A DNA stretch of 64,000 bases from Planctomycetota bacterium (GTDB taxonomy: Bacteria > Planctomycetota > UBA1135 > UBA2386). The notes beneath the pieces are model-generated. The model made no database searches. It saw only the letters and a program-made list of their open reading frames with translations, and was not told the DNA's origin. Where the stretch lies: NCBI GenBank assembly GCA_965228735.1, contig OZ245838.1, positions 5,632,001-5,696,000 of the forward strand, written 5' to 3'. The position numbers and the translations under genes are program-made. This document shows, one piece after another, positions 1-7,841 of this stretch; positions within the stretch are counted from its first letter, which is position 1, and the number at the start of each line of letters is the position of its first letter.

Positions 1-362
1 CCGACGTAGGTCGACACCGCGACCACCGTCACCGCCGAGGCGGCGAGGATGAACTTCGGCGCGATCATGAGCGCGGCTGCGGCCGCGACGGCACGCTGCG
101 CGCGGACCCACCAGCGTGGCTGACCGGTCGGCGGCGTCGCGTTCTCGTTGTCCGTCTCTGCTGCGGTCGCGGCGAGTGCGGCCTGGACGAACTCTTCGAT
201 CTGCGCGGCTGGCAGCGGTTCGTCGACGACGTCGTCGTCGGAGTCCTCGTCGAGCTGGGCGAGCATGCGCTCGACCTCGGCGAACTCCTCGGCTTCCGCG
301 GCGACCGCGACGTCGTGGCGCTCGCGCAACCAGCTCCAGAACTCTTCGTCCTTCAGTTCCAT
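1..362 (-). CDS. Putative anti-sigma factor or membrane partner of the adjacent ECF (runs off window start)
   Basis: ATG at 362 overlaps the ECF stop (ATGGAACTGA). Translates MELKDEEFWSWLRERHD..., an acidic N-terminus followed by a hydrophobic stretch (AVAAAAALMIAPKFILAASAVTVVAV). Absent from the ORF track because it is open-ended. Confidence 0.6.
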   Translation of the reverse strand, partial: MELKDEEFWSWLRERHDVAVAAEAEEFAEVERMLAQLDEDSDDDVVDEPLPAAQIEEFVQAALAATAAETDNENATPPTGQPRWWVRAQRAVAAAAALMIAPKFILAASAVTVVAVSTYV

Positions 363-1003
363 GAGGGCTGTCCTGTGGTCTCTCCCGGTCCGATGCCCTG
401 CTCGACGAGCAGGCCCTTCAGGGCCTTGCGCGCCATCGAGCGTGAGGCATAGATCGAGTTCTTGGTGGTCTTGAAGCGGTGCGCGAGTTCGCCGGCGTCG
501 GCGACGTCGCCCGTGAGCAGGTCCGCTTCGATGATGTTGCGTTGCAGGCGCGGCAGCTTCTTGATGCAGTTCCGCAGCACCTCGAGGAACCGGCTCGGCG
601 CCGGAGCCTCGTCCGTGTCGGGGTCGTCCGCCACCGCCGTGGCGGCCGCCGTGCCGAGCTCTTCGACCGCTTCGCCGCGGGTCTCCCAGCGCCGGCGTTT
701 GCGGTCGCGCAGGATCTCCACGCCGGCGTTGCGCGCGATCACGTAGAACCAGGCCCGCAGCGAGCCCTTCGCAGGGTCGTACGAGTCGGCGGCATTCCAG
801 GCCTTGTAGGTCGCTTTGCTCATTGCGTCGTCGAGTTCTGCTGCGTTGAGGGAGTCGCCGAAGCTACGGACGAGTCCGCCACGAACGCGGGCGCCATGCT
901 TGGTCAGGAGTTGCTGCAACCCACCCGATTTCCGCTCCACGATGAGGCGGATGATCTCCGCGTCACCGGAGGGCGCGGGGGGGTTGCTGGTCGAGGGGGA
1001 CAT
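353..1003 (-). CDS. ECF-family RNA polymerase sigma factor
   Basis: Region 2-like DDAMSKATYKAW...YDPAKGSLRAWFYVIARN; region 4-like LPRLQRNII...LAHRFKTTKNSIYASRSMARKAL. Confidence 0.85.
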   Translation of the reverse strand: MSPSTSNPPAPSGDAEIIRLIVERKSGGLQQLLTKHGARVRGGLVRSFGDSLNAAELDDAMSKATYKAWNAADSYDPAKGSLRAWFYVIARNAGVEILRDRKRRRWETRGEAVEELGTAAATAVADDPDTDEAPAPSRFLEVLRNCIKKLPRLQRNIIEADLLTGDVADAGELAHRFKTTKNSIYASRSMARKALKGLLVEQGIGPGETTGQPSWN

Positions 1004-1237
1004 CGCGAAGACCGCCGTGGTCTTCTCCTGGAAGGGTTACGCGTGGGCCTTAACGAAGGATGCCACACGCGGCGCGCCCGGCTCGGAACGGGACCGAAAT
1101 GGCGCGTCGTAACCGCATTTTTGGCGGGGACTTACCCATGCCGTCGCCAGATCCGTTCCGGTTGCGGGAAATCCAGATCGCTCTCTTCAGCGTAAACCGC
1201 GCGGATGCCGATCCTGCGATTACGTGAGGTGCGCGCC

Positions 1238-1804
1238 ATGATGGGACACATCAACAATCTGGTCGTCGAGATGGTCCGCGAATCGCTCGGGGCGGACGCG
1301 GTCGAGAAGTTGTTCGCGGAGTCGGGGCTGGAGCACCGGCGCTTTCAGCCCGAGGTCATCTACCCCGAAGAGGATTTCCAGGCGCTGTTCGCCGGGGCCC
1401 AAGCGGTCTTCGGTGTCGATGCTGCCGCGGCGGAGGAGGCGTTCGCCGGCTACTTCATGAAGCGGTCGCCCGAGATGTTCCCCGCGATCTTCGAGCAGGC
1501 GGGCTCGGCGCGCGGACTCATCGAGAAGATCCCGACGATCCACCGGAACTTCCCGGCGTCGGCGTCACAGGGCGATTATCGCGACAAGGTGGAGATCACC
1601 GAGTCGACGCCAGAGCGGATCACGCTGCGCTACATGTCGCCGAACCAACTGTGCGCCACGCTGTGTCACGTCGGCGGCATCTGTCTCGACTTCTTCCATG
1701 AGAAGGGCAAGGTCTACCATCGCTGCTGCGCGAAAGAGGGCGCCGAGTACTGCGAGATCGTCGTCGAGTTCCACGGCAAGAAGGAGCCGGTGGCGTCCGA
1801 ATGA
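1238..1804 (+). CDS. H-NOX (heme NO-binding) domain protein
   Basis: MMG start, Y-P-E-E-D motif, proximal His in PTIHRNF, YMSPN at the YxSxR position, C-terminal LC...HRCC...EYC; directly upstream of a histidine kinase. Confidence 0.85.
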   Translation: MMGHINNLVVEMVRESLGADAVEKLFAESGLEHRRFQPEVIYPEEDFQALFAGAQAVFGVDAAAAEEAFAGYFMKRSPEMFPAIFEQAGSARGLIEKIPTIHRNFPASASQGDYRDKVEITESTPERITLRYMSPNQLCATLCHVGGICLDFFHEKGKVYHRCCAKEGAEYCEIVVEFHGKKEPVASE

Positions 1805-2157
1805 CCCCTGAAGGTCAGGTTCACGGCAGCTCGCCCGCGTACTCGGAGGAGTTCGTGCGGGATCAGGTCCGTCACATCGAGGAGTGTCTGGCCCGTGCGT
1901 TGGCCGGAGACTTCGAGGCCGTCCGGCTGCCGGAGGGCGACACGATGTGGGGGAATCTCGCGATGCACGTCAACGTGGTCATCCACGCGACGCGCGCCGC
2001 ATTGACTCGAGCCGAACGGTTCGAGAAGGAGGCTGCCGCACTGCGGGCGGTATCGCAACCGGACGGAGCGGCCATGGCCGTGCGTTCGATTCGGCGGCCG
2101 GCGCGCGCTGCACGGCCCCAGGACCTCGTGGTGGACGATGAGCGAACGACCCGCTGA
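1801..2157 (+). CDS. Small protein homologous to the N-terminal input domain of the downstream kinase (HAMP-like helical domain)
   Basis: ATGA overlap with H-NOX; shares MWGNLAMHVNVVI.A.R.A..RAE with the next ORF. Confidence 0.75.
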   Translation: MTPEGQVHGSSPAYSEEFVRDQVRHIEECLARALAGDFEAVRLPEGDTMWGNLAMHVNVVIHATRAALTRAERFEKEAAALRAVSQPDGAAMAVRSIRRPARAARPQDLVVDDERTTR

Positions 2158-3187
2158 TCCCACCGCCGAGCCGCAGACCGCAGGTTCGGACGTCGGGTAC
2201 ACGCACGATTCCGTGCGGAGCAACATCCGGCAGATCGAGTCCGGGCTCACGAAGGTCCTGTTCGGCGACTACACGGCCGTCGTCAGCCTGGACGACGCGA
2301 ATCCGATGTGGGGCAACCTCGCGATGCACGTGAACGTCGTGATCAACGCGGCGCGCAACGCGATCGCGCGGGCGGAGGCCTCCGAGCGCGAGGCCGCGCT
2401 CGCCCGCGATCGCGCGATCGCAGCGGCCGAGGCCGAATCCAAGTTCCTCACGAACGTCACGCACGAGCTGCGCACGCCGATGGCGTCGATCAAGGCATCG
2501 GCCGAGATCCTGCGCGACTACGGCAAGGGTGACGCCGCGGTGTTCGATGAGTTCCTCGACGTGATGCTCACCGACAGCGATCGCCTCACCCGGCTCATCG
2601 AGAACGTGCTGACCCTGGGCAAGCTGCAGACCGACGAGACGGAGTGGCAGGTCGCCGAGACGCAGCTCGCCGATCTCTGCACCGAGATCGTGGAGTCGAT
2701 GCGCCAGCCTGCGCTCGGGCTCGGACAACACGTTCACCTGACGGTCGGCACCGACCTGCCGCGCTCCTTCCTCGATGCGGAGAGCATCAAGCAGGTCCTC
2801 GTGAACCTGCTGAGCAACGCGATGAAGTTCGGGCCCTCCGAGGCCGTGATCGAGGTCGAGGTCGGCTACGACGCGGCGACCGATCAGCTCGTCGTCGCGG
2901 TGATCGACCGCGGCCCCGGCGTCGCGGAGGCGGAACGCGAGGTGATCTTCCAGCGCTTCGAGCAGGCGACCGAGGACATCCTCACGCAGAAGCCGAACGG
3001 GACGGGCCTCGGCCTCGCGATCGCGAAGGAGATCGTCGATCGCCACGGTGGCCACATCGGAGTCGAGTCGGCGGTCGAGCAGGGCTCCCGCTTCTGGTTC
3101 ACGCTGCCCGTGCTGCGCGAGGCCGCGGCGTTCGATCGCATCCGCGAAGCGACGCCGTCGGAACCAGCAGCGCCATCGGCGTCCTGA
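2138..3187 (+). CDS. Soluble sensor histidine kinase (HisKA + HATPase)
   Basis: H-box THELRTPMASI, N-box NLLSNAMKF, G1 DRGPG, F-box IFQRFEQ, G2 GTGLGLAI; no TM segment seen. Confidence 0.95.
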   Translation: MSERPADPTAEPQTAGSDVGYTHDSVRSNIRQIESGLTKVLFGDYTAVVSLDDANPMWGNLAMHVNVVINAARNAIARAEASEREAALARDRAIAAAEAESKFLTNVTHELRTPMASIKASAEILRDYGKGDAAVFDEFLDVMLTDSDRLTRLIENVLTLGKLQTDETEWQVAETQLADLCTEIVESMRQPALGLGQHVHLTVGTDLPRSFLDAESIKQVLVNLLSNAMKFGPSEAVIEVEVGYDAATDQLVVAVIDRGPGVAEAEREVIFQRFEQATEDILTQKPNGTGLGLAIAKEIVDRHGGHIGVESAVEQGSRFWFTLPVLREAAAFDRIREATPSEPAAPSAS

Positions 3188-3253
3188 GTCGAAGCGATCG
3201 ACCGCCATCACCGGCATGTTCACGGTCATGGCGTCCGCCTCGATCGTTCGGCA

Positions 3254-3376
3254 CACCCGTACGGTACCTCACCCGTACGGTACCTGGTTCATGCTGCCGG
3301 CCGCGAGCCCGTTTCCTCGCGGGTGGCGCCTCGACGGCCGGCAGCATGAACCAGGTACCGTACGGCAAGGTACCGA
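3254..3376. repeat. REP/MITE-like element: perfect 31-bp inverted repeat with a 16-bp tandem direct repeat
   Basis: ccgtacggtacctggttcatgctgccggccg (3273-3303) and its exact reverse complement (3335-3365); cacccgtacggtacct at 3254-3269 and 3270-3285. Confidence 0.85.
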
Positions 3377-3785
3377 CGAGAACTCGTGGGTGACGATCGA
3401 CGGCTATCGGATGCAATCGGTCGCCGGCGGCGGCCACTGGGGCGGCGGCATGTTCATCAGCAGCCGCGACCACGCCCGCTTCGGTCTCCTCATGCTGCGC
3501 GATGGGCGCTGGGGCGACCGGCAACTGCTGTCGCAGGAGTGGCTCGCGCGGGCCCGGACACCGACGCCTCAGCAACGAACCTACGGCTACATGAACTGGT
3601 TCCTCAACGCCGACGCCGACCACAAGCGGTTCGCGTCGGCGCCGGTCGGCGACGTCTTCTTCCTCGGAGCCGGGACCAACATGATCTGGCTCTGCCCGTC
3701 GCGCGACATGGTCGTCGTCGTGCGCTGGCTCGAGGGCCGGCACGTCGACGCGTTCATCGGCAAAGTGCTCAGCGCGTTCGCGTGA
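3375..3785 (+). pseudogene. 3' fragment of a beta-lactamase-like serine hydrolase (5'-truncated)
   Basis: ENSWVTIDG.RMQSVAGGGHWGGGMFISSRDHARFGLLMLRDGRWGDRQLLSQEW...YGYMNW...GAGTNMIWLCPSRDMVVVVRW is typical of the C-terminal half. No SxxK-bearing N-terminus; begins right after the inverted repeat. Confidence 0.75.
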
Positions 3786-4506
3786 ACCGCGGCAGCGGCA
3801 GCAGCATCGGCACGCGGTCGCGGTAGTCGGTGTAGTCGCTGCCGTGGGCCGCGACGAGGCTGCGTTCTTCGATCTGCAGCGCGACGAGCGTGAACGTCGT
3901 GAACGTGAGGCCGAACACGAGACCGCCGTAGGTCATCGTGGGGATCGTCCAGAACGCGGTGAGGAAGCCGAGCATCAGCGGGTGCCGGACGAGGCTGTAG
4001 AGGCCTCGGGCCTTGAACGCGGGTGAGCGTGGCTCCTGACCGCGGAACGCCGCGAGCGTCTGCTTGACGCCGAACAGCTCGAAGTGGTCGATCTGGAACG
4101 ACGACAGCACGACGGTGAGCCAGCCGAGTGCGGAGACCGTCCACATGACCGTGGCCCACGGGCCGTCGATCTGCCAGACCACTTCCGGCAGCGGTCGCCA
4201 CTGCCAGTACATCAGCGCCAGCACGAGGCCGGTCACGATGACGAACGTGCTGCGCTCGATCGGCGCGGGAATGATGCGCGTCCACCGGCGCTTGAACCAG
4301 GCGCGCGCCATGATCCCGTGCTGAATGCCGAACACGAGGATCAGGCCGATGTTGGTCAGCACGGCTTCGAGCATCGGTGACTCGGGGCCACCGCGCGCCA
4401 CGGAGGTGGGCACGAAGACGTCGCTCGTGAAGCCGATGAGGTAGAGGAACGAGGCGTGGAACGCGGCGTAGGCCAGCAGGCCGTAGAACAGGTAGAAGTA
4501 GCGCAT
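3769..4506 (-). CDS. mddA: Methanethiol S-methyltransferase-like protein (MddA/ICMT family membrane methyltransferase)
   Basis: QHGIMAR.WFKR.WTRIIP..IERSTFV, WQWRP, IDHFELFGVKQ, LY..VRHPLMLGF..AFW..P.MT, EER.L...HG..Y..YR.RVPMLLP. Confidence 0.8.
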   Translation of the reverse strand: MRYFYLFYGLLAYAAFHASFLYLIGFTSDVFVPTSVARGGPESPMLEAVLTNIGLILVFGIQHGIMARAWFKRRWTRIIPAPIERSTFVIVTGLVLALMYWQWRPLPEVVWQIDGPWATVMWTVSALGWLTVVLSSFQIDHFELFGVKQTLAAFRGQEPRSPAFKARGLYSLVRHPLMLGFLTAFWTIPTMTYGGLVFGLTFTTFTLVALQIEERSLVAAHGSDYTDYRDRVPMLLPLPRFTRTR

Positions 4507-4534
4507 GATCGGATCTCGGTCGGACATCCGATTC

Positions 4535-4561
4535 GGCGCAGGTCAGCTGCGCGACCGGCCA
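4535..4561 (-). promoter_or_regulatory. Candidate ECF promoter TGGCCGG-N15-GCGCC upstream of the mddA-like gene
   Basis: Minus strand tggccggtcgcgcagctgacctgcgcc; same architecture as 5158-5184. Confidence 0.6.
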
Positions 4562-4584
4562 ACTCCCGGCCGGTTTTCACGCCG

Positions 4585-5100
4585 CTATTCGGCCGACAGG
4601 CGCTGGTAGAGCCACGCGCGGGCGAACGCCCACTCGCGTCGGACCGTCCGCTCCGAGATGTTCATCGTCGAAGCCGTCGCGACCTCGTCGAGGCCGGCGA
4701 AGAACCGCAGGCGCACGATCTCGGCCGCGCGCGCGTTGACGTCGGCGAGCGCCTGGATCGCCTCGTCGATCGCCATGACCTCGCCGAGGTCCGCCGTCGC
4801 GGCGACCTCGGCCACGTCGAGGGACAGTCGGTTGAGGTCAGGGCCGCCGCGCTTCTTCGCGCCGCGTTTCCTGGCGTGGTCGATGAGGATGCGCCGCATC
4901 GCCTCCGCGGCCATGCCGAAGAAGCGCCCTGGATCCTCGCGCACGCCTTCGAGCCGGTCGCGCATCGCCAGCCAGGCCTCGTTGACGAGAGCCGTCGCCT
5001 GCAGCGTGTGATCGCCGCGCTCACCGGCCATCTGGCGGCGGGCCAGGGCGCGCAACTTGTCGTGCACCTCGGAGAGTTGGGATCGTTCGGTCTCGCTCAC
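4585..5100 (-). CDS. ECF sigma factor, TIGR02999 type
   Basis: Signature HTLQATALVNEAWL, AMRRILIDHARKRGAKKRGG, VRLRFFAGL...ISERTVRREWAFARAWL. Confidence 0.95.
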   Translation of the reverse strand: MSETERSQLSEVHDKLRALARRQMAGERGDHTLQATALVNEAWLAMRDRLEGVREDPGRFFGMAAEAMRRILIDHARKRGAKKRGGPDLNRLSLDVAEVAATADLGEVMAIDEAIQALADVNARAAEIVRLRFFAGLDEVATASTMNISERTVRREWAFARAWLYQRLSAE

Positions 5101-5157
5101 GTGTTCTTGCCCTCGTTCACTGCCATCGTCGCCTCGATGCGCGATGGCAGCAGGGTA

Positions 5158-5184
5158 GGCGCAGGGTCGGCCCGCGCCCGGCCA
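5158..5184 (-). promoter_or_regulatory. Candidate autoregulatory ECF promoter TGGCCGG-N15-GCGCC
   Basis: Minus strand tggccgggcgcgggccgaccctgcgcc upstream of the ECF gene. Confidence 0.6.
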
Positions 5185-5323
5185 TGGTTTTCGCGGGTGT
5201 GTCGGCCGTGACTCAGAATATCCTAATTAGTCTTCGATACGCTACTTAACAGTATCGACCACGGCTTCGAGGCAGGCCGACGTCGAGCGCGCGGGCGCCG
5301 GGTTCGAGCGCCATGCGGCGCAC

Positions 5324-7618
5324 TCAGCGGCGCGCCTGCACGCGCAGGCCGCGGGTCGTGCGCATGCCGGTCGGGTTGACGCCCGGCTCGAGCAGCGCCC
5401 ACTGGAAGTGCAGATCGGCCGGCGGCAGGAAGCCCGGGATCGGCAGATCCATCGCGGCACGGCCGACGACGCTCGTCACGAAGAACGCGGTGGCGAGGTG
5501 CATCGGCGGGTTCACGTCGACGAGCAGCGTGCATCCCGGCATGCCGAACGGCTGCAGCGAGGTCGACGCGCCGCCGAGCGACGCGACGAGGAACGCGCTC
5601 GTGTAGGCCGGCGCCTGCGCGACCTGGACGCGGCCGAACTCGAAGCCGAGCGCGTGGTCCCCGAACCAGCTGATGTTGGCCGTCGGGTGGCACGCGGTGC
5701 CGTAGATCGACGTCGACATCTGCTCGTAGGTGACGTAGTTGCCCATGAGCAGGTTGGTCGACGTGTTGTTGTCGACGTGGAACGCGACGGCGAAGCGTTC
5801 GTTGTCCTCGTCGTACGACACGCCGCCCGGAATCGGCTGGAAGCCCGGCACGTCGTAGAGCACGACGTGCTCCGTCCAATTGCCGTCGTAGCCGACCTTG
5901 CTCATGAGCAGCTTCTCGGAGCCCGCGTTGGTCGTCGCGTACGTCGTGACCCAGTGCGAGCGCGACTCGAGGTCGTAGGCGACGCTGCCCGGGATCTGAC
6001 CCGCGAGCGTGCCGCCGTAGAGGCTCCGCGACGGCGCCGGGAAGCTCGCGTGGACCGCGTTGTGCGGCCAGTCGATCCGCCGCGCGCGGATGTACGTGGA
6101 CCGGATGCCGGTCGGCTTGTTCAAGGGGCTCTGGTTGTGACCGTAGGTCACGAGGTAGCGCCCATCGGCGCCGGCCACGTCGGGCCCGACCTCGTGGAGG
6201 TTGCTGTTGTCGATGTGGCGGGCGTAGCTGAAGCCGCCGAACGCGCCCGGCGTGCGCTGCACGATGACGTTCCACTTGCCGGTGCTCGAGTTGTCGTGCT
6301 GCTGCCAGACGACGACCCACGAGAACTGGACGCCGCCCTCGGAGGTCTGGTTGACCGCCGGCCGTTCTTCGTCGGGGCTGACGGCGCCGAAGCCGAAGAC
6401 CGAACCGACGGGCGCGCCGTTGGAGCTGATCGCGGTGTCGATCTTGAGGCCGACGACCTGGCTGTGTGCCGTCTCCTGGAACGGCGCGGCCGGCTCACGC
6501 TGGAAAACGAGCAGCGCGACCGTGCCGGGCACCGACGACCTCGTGCCGCCGACGTCCGGACGCCAGTCACTCGTCCCCGCCTGGTAGGGCACCGAGCTCA
6601 CGCCGGTGCGCAGCGACAGGTCACTCTTGCCGTGGGTGTGCCAGCGCACGCGGCGGTCACCGCTCGCGAAATCGCGCTCGAAGACGGTGATCGTCTTGCC
6701 GGCACCGCTGCCGCCGACGCCCGCGATCTGGCCGTGCTGCGAGTTCCACGATGACGTGAGATCGTTGAAGACGGGGACACCGAGGCCGCTGAAGCCGTCG
6801 TCGTAGCGCACGCCGAAGATATCGATGTCGCTCGCCGACGCCGCGCTCGAGTAGATGACCCACACGTTGCGGGTGATCTGCTCGCCGTCGCGGTAGATGT
6901 CGACGTCCTGCGCGATCGGCACCAGCTCCAGGAGCTCGTTGCTCAGGACCGGGTCGACGACGATCGGGAACGTCGCCTGCTCGAGCCACTGGCCCGGGAG
7001 CCGCAGCTCGATCTGGCCGTTCTCGACGGCCGTCGTCATCTCGGCCACGTCGCCATTGCCGTCGATCGCGATGGCGTGGCCGTAGGTCACGGTCGCCACA
7101 CCCGCGTCGTCGAAGAACGTCACCGGACCGTGGGCGGCGCTGCGGTTCGTCGTCGTGAGATTGCCGCCGATCGAGCCACGAACGACGAGGTCGCCGGCGA
7201 TCGTCGGGCGGTCCGCGATCACGAACGTCTGGTGCAGGCCCTCCGCGAGCACGTCGTAGGCCTCGATGACGCCGCCGAGATCGTACTCGTAACGGAAGTC
7301 ACCGGCCCGGCGTGCGTGCGAACGACCGTTCGTGAGCTCGGTGCCGCCGACGCGGACGGCGGTCGTGCGCCAAGACAGTTCGCGGTTGGTCGCGACGTCC
7401 ATGCCGGCGTAGGGCACGAACGTCATGCCGCCGTGGAACGAGGCCTTGTAGTTCTTGCCGGCGGCCCAGGTGCCGTATGCGCCGCCGACCGGGTCGGCGT
7501 CCGAGGTGTGGATCGGCACGCGCAGCTCGGAGCGGTCGAAGTTCTGGGCGGCGAGGCCGGTCGACAACGCGCCGGCGAGCGCCATGCAAGTGAGAGCGGA
7601 GGAGACGGAGAGATTCAT
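5324..7618 (-). CDS. Large secreted protein with the shared C-terminal domain
   Basis: Signal peptide MNLSV...GLAA-Q; N-terminal beta domain ending FPIVVDP; C-terminus YGTAC...FGMPGCTLLVD...LPIP...FQWALLEPGVNPTGMRTT. Confidence 0.85.
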   Translation of the reverse strand: MNLSVSSALTCMALAGALSTGLAAQNFDRSELRVPIHTSDADPVGGAYGTWAAGKNYKASFHGGMTFVPYAGMDVATNRELSWRTTAVRVGGTELTNGRSHARRAGDFRYEYDLGGVIEAYDVLAEGLHQTFVIADRPTIAGDLVVRGSIGGNLTTTNRSAAHGPVTFFDDAGVATVTYGHAIAIDGNGDVAEMTTAVENGQIELRLPGQWLEQATFPIVVDPVLSNELLELVPIAQDVDIYRDGEQITRNVWVIYSSAASASDIDIFGVRYDDGFSGLGVPVFNDLTSSWNSQHGQIAGVGGSGAGKTITVFERDFASGDRRVRWHTHGKSDLSLRTGVSSVPYQAGTSDWRPDVGGTRSSVPGTVALLVFQREPAAPFQETAHSQVVGLKIDTAISSNGAPVGSVFGFGAVSPDEERPAVNQTSEGGVQFSWVVVWQQHDNSSTGKWNVIVQRTPGAFGGFSYARHIDNSNLHEVGPDVAGADGRYLVTYGHNQSPLNKPTGIRSTYIRARRIDWPHNAVHASFPAPSRSLYGGTLAGQIPGSVAYDLESRSHWVTTYATTNAGSEKLLMSKVGYDGNWTEHVVLYDVPGFQPIPGGVSYDEDNERFAVAFHVDNNTSTNLLMGNYVTYEQMSTSIYGTACHPTANISWFGDHALGFEFGRVQVAQAPAYTSAFLVASLGGASTSLQPFGMPGCTLLVDVNPPMHLATAFFVTSVVGRAAMDLPIPGFLPPADLHFQWALLEPGVNPTGMRTTRGLRVQARR

Positions 7619-7704
7619 GACAGTGTTCTGCAGTGGGGATCTGGTCCAAGAGGAACGACCCGGCGCGGTGTGCACACGCGGCAGCGGCACGGGTCGCTCG
7701 CAGA

Positions 7705-7795
7705 GGCGCATTGCGCGATCCCGGCCGGACAGGTTGCTCGGGAATCCGGGTTGGCGTCGCGATTTCGTTGGCCGGCGCACCGCCCGCAACGCGCC
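7705..7795. promoter_or_regulatory. Divergent pair of candidate ECF promoters
   Basis: Minus strand TGTCCGG-N15-GCGCC (7731-7705) and plus strand TGGCCGG-N15-GCGCC (7769-7795), both followed by TCT. Confidence 0.55.
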
Positions 7796-7841
7796 TCTCC
7801 GAGGCAGTTCCCTTTCCAGGTCATTGCCCGAACCGGCCGTC

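Noticed and set aside
1085..1195. GGAAC...GTC and GAAAT...CGTA ECF-like promoter candidates upstream of H-NOX
   Set aside because: Single short matches with no second supporting copy found.
1940..2360. Duplicated segment considered as a DGR template/variable repeat pair
   Set aside because: Differences are largely synonymous rather than adenine-specific, and no reverse transcriptase is present in the window.
3188..3256. Short coding-looking stretch between the kinase stop and the repeat
   Set aside because: Too short to assign; no recognisable motif on either strand.
3273..3365. Inverted repeat considered as ends of an autonomous IS
   Set aside because: Only 31 nt lie between the arms, with no transposase and no clear target-site duplication.
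5211..5260. Possible dif site
   Set aside because: Lacks the ATAA-N6-TTATGTTAAA-type XerC/XerD arms.
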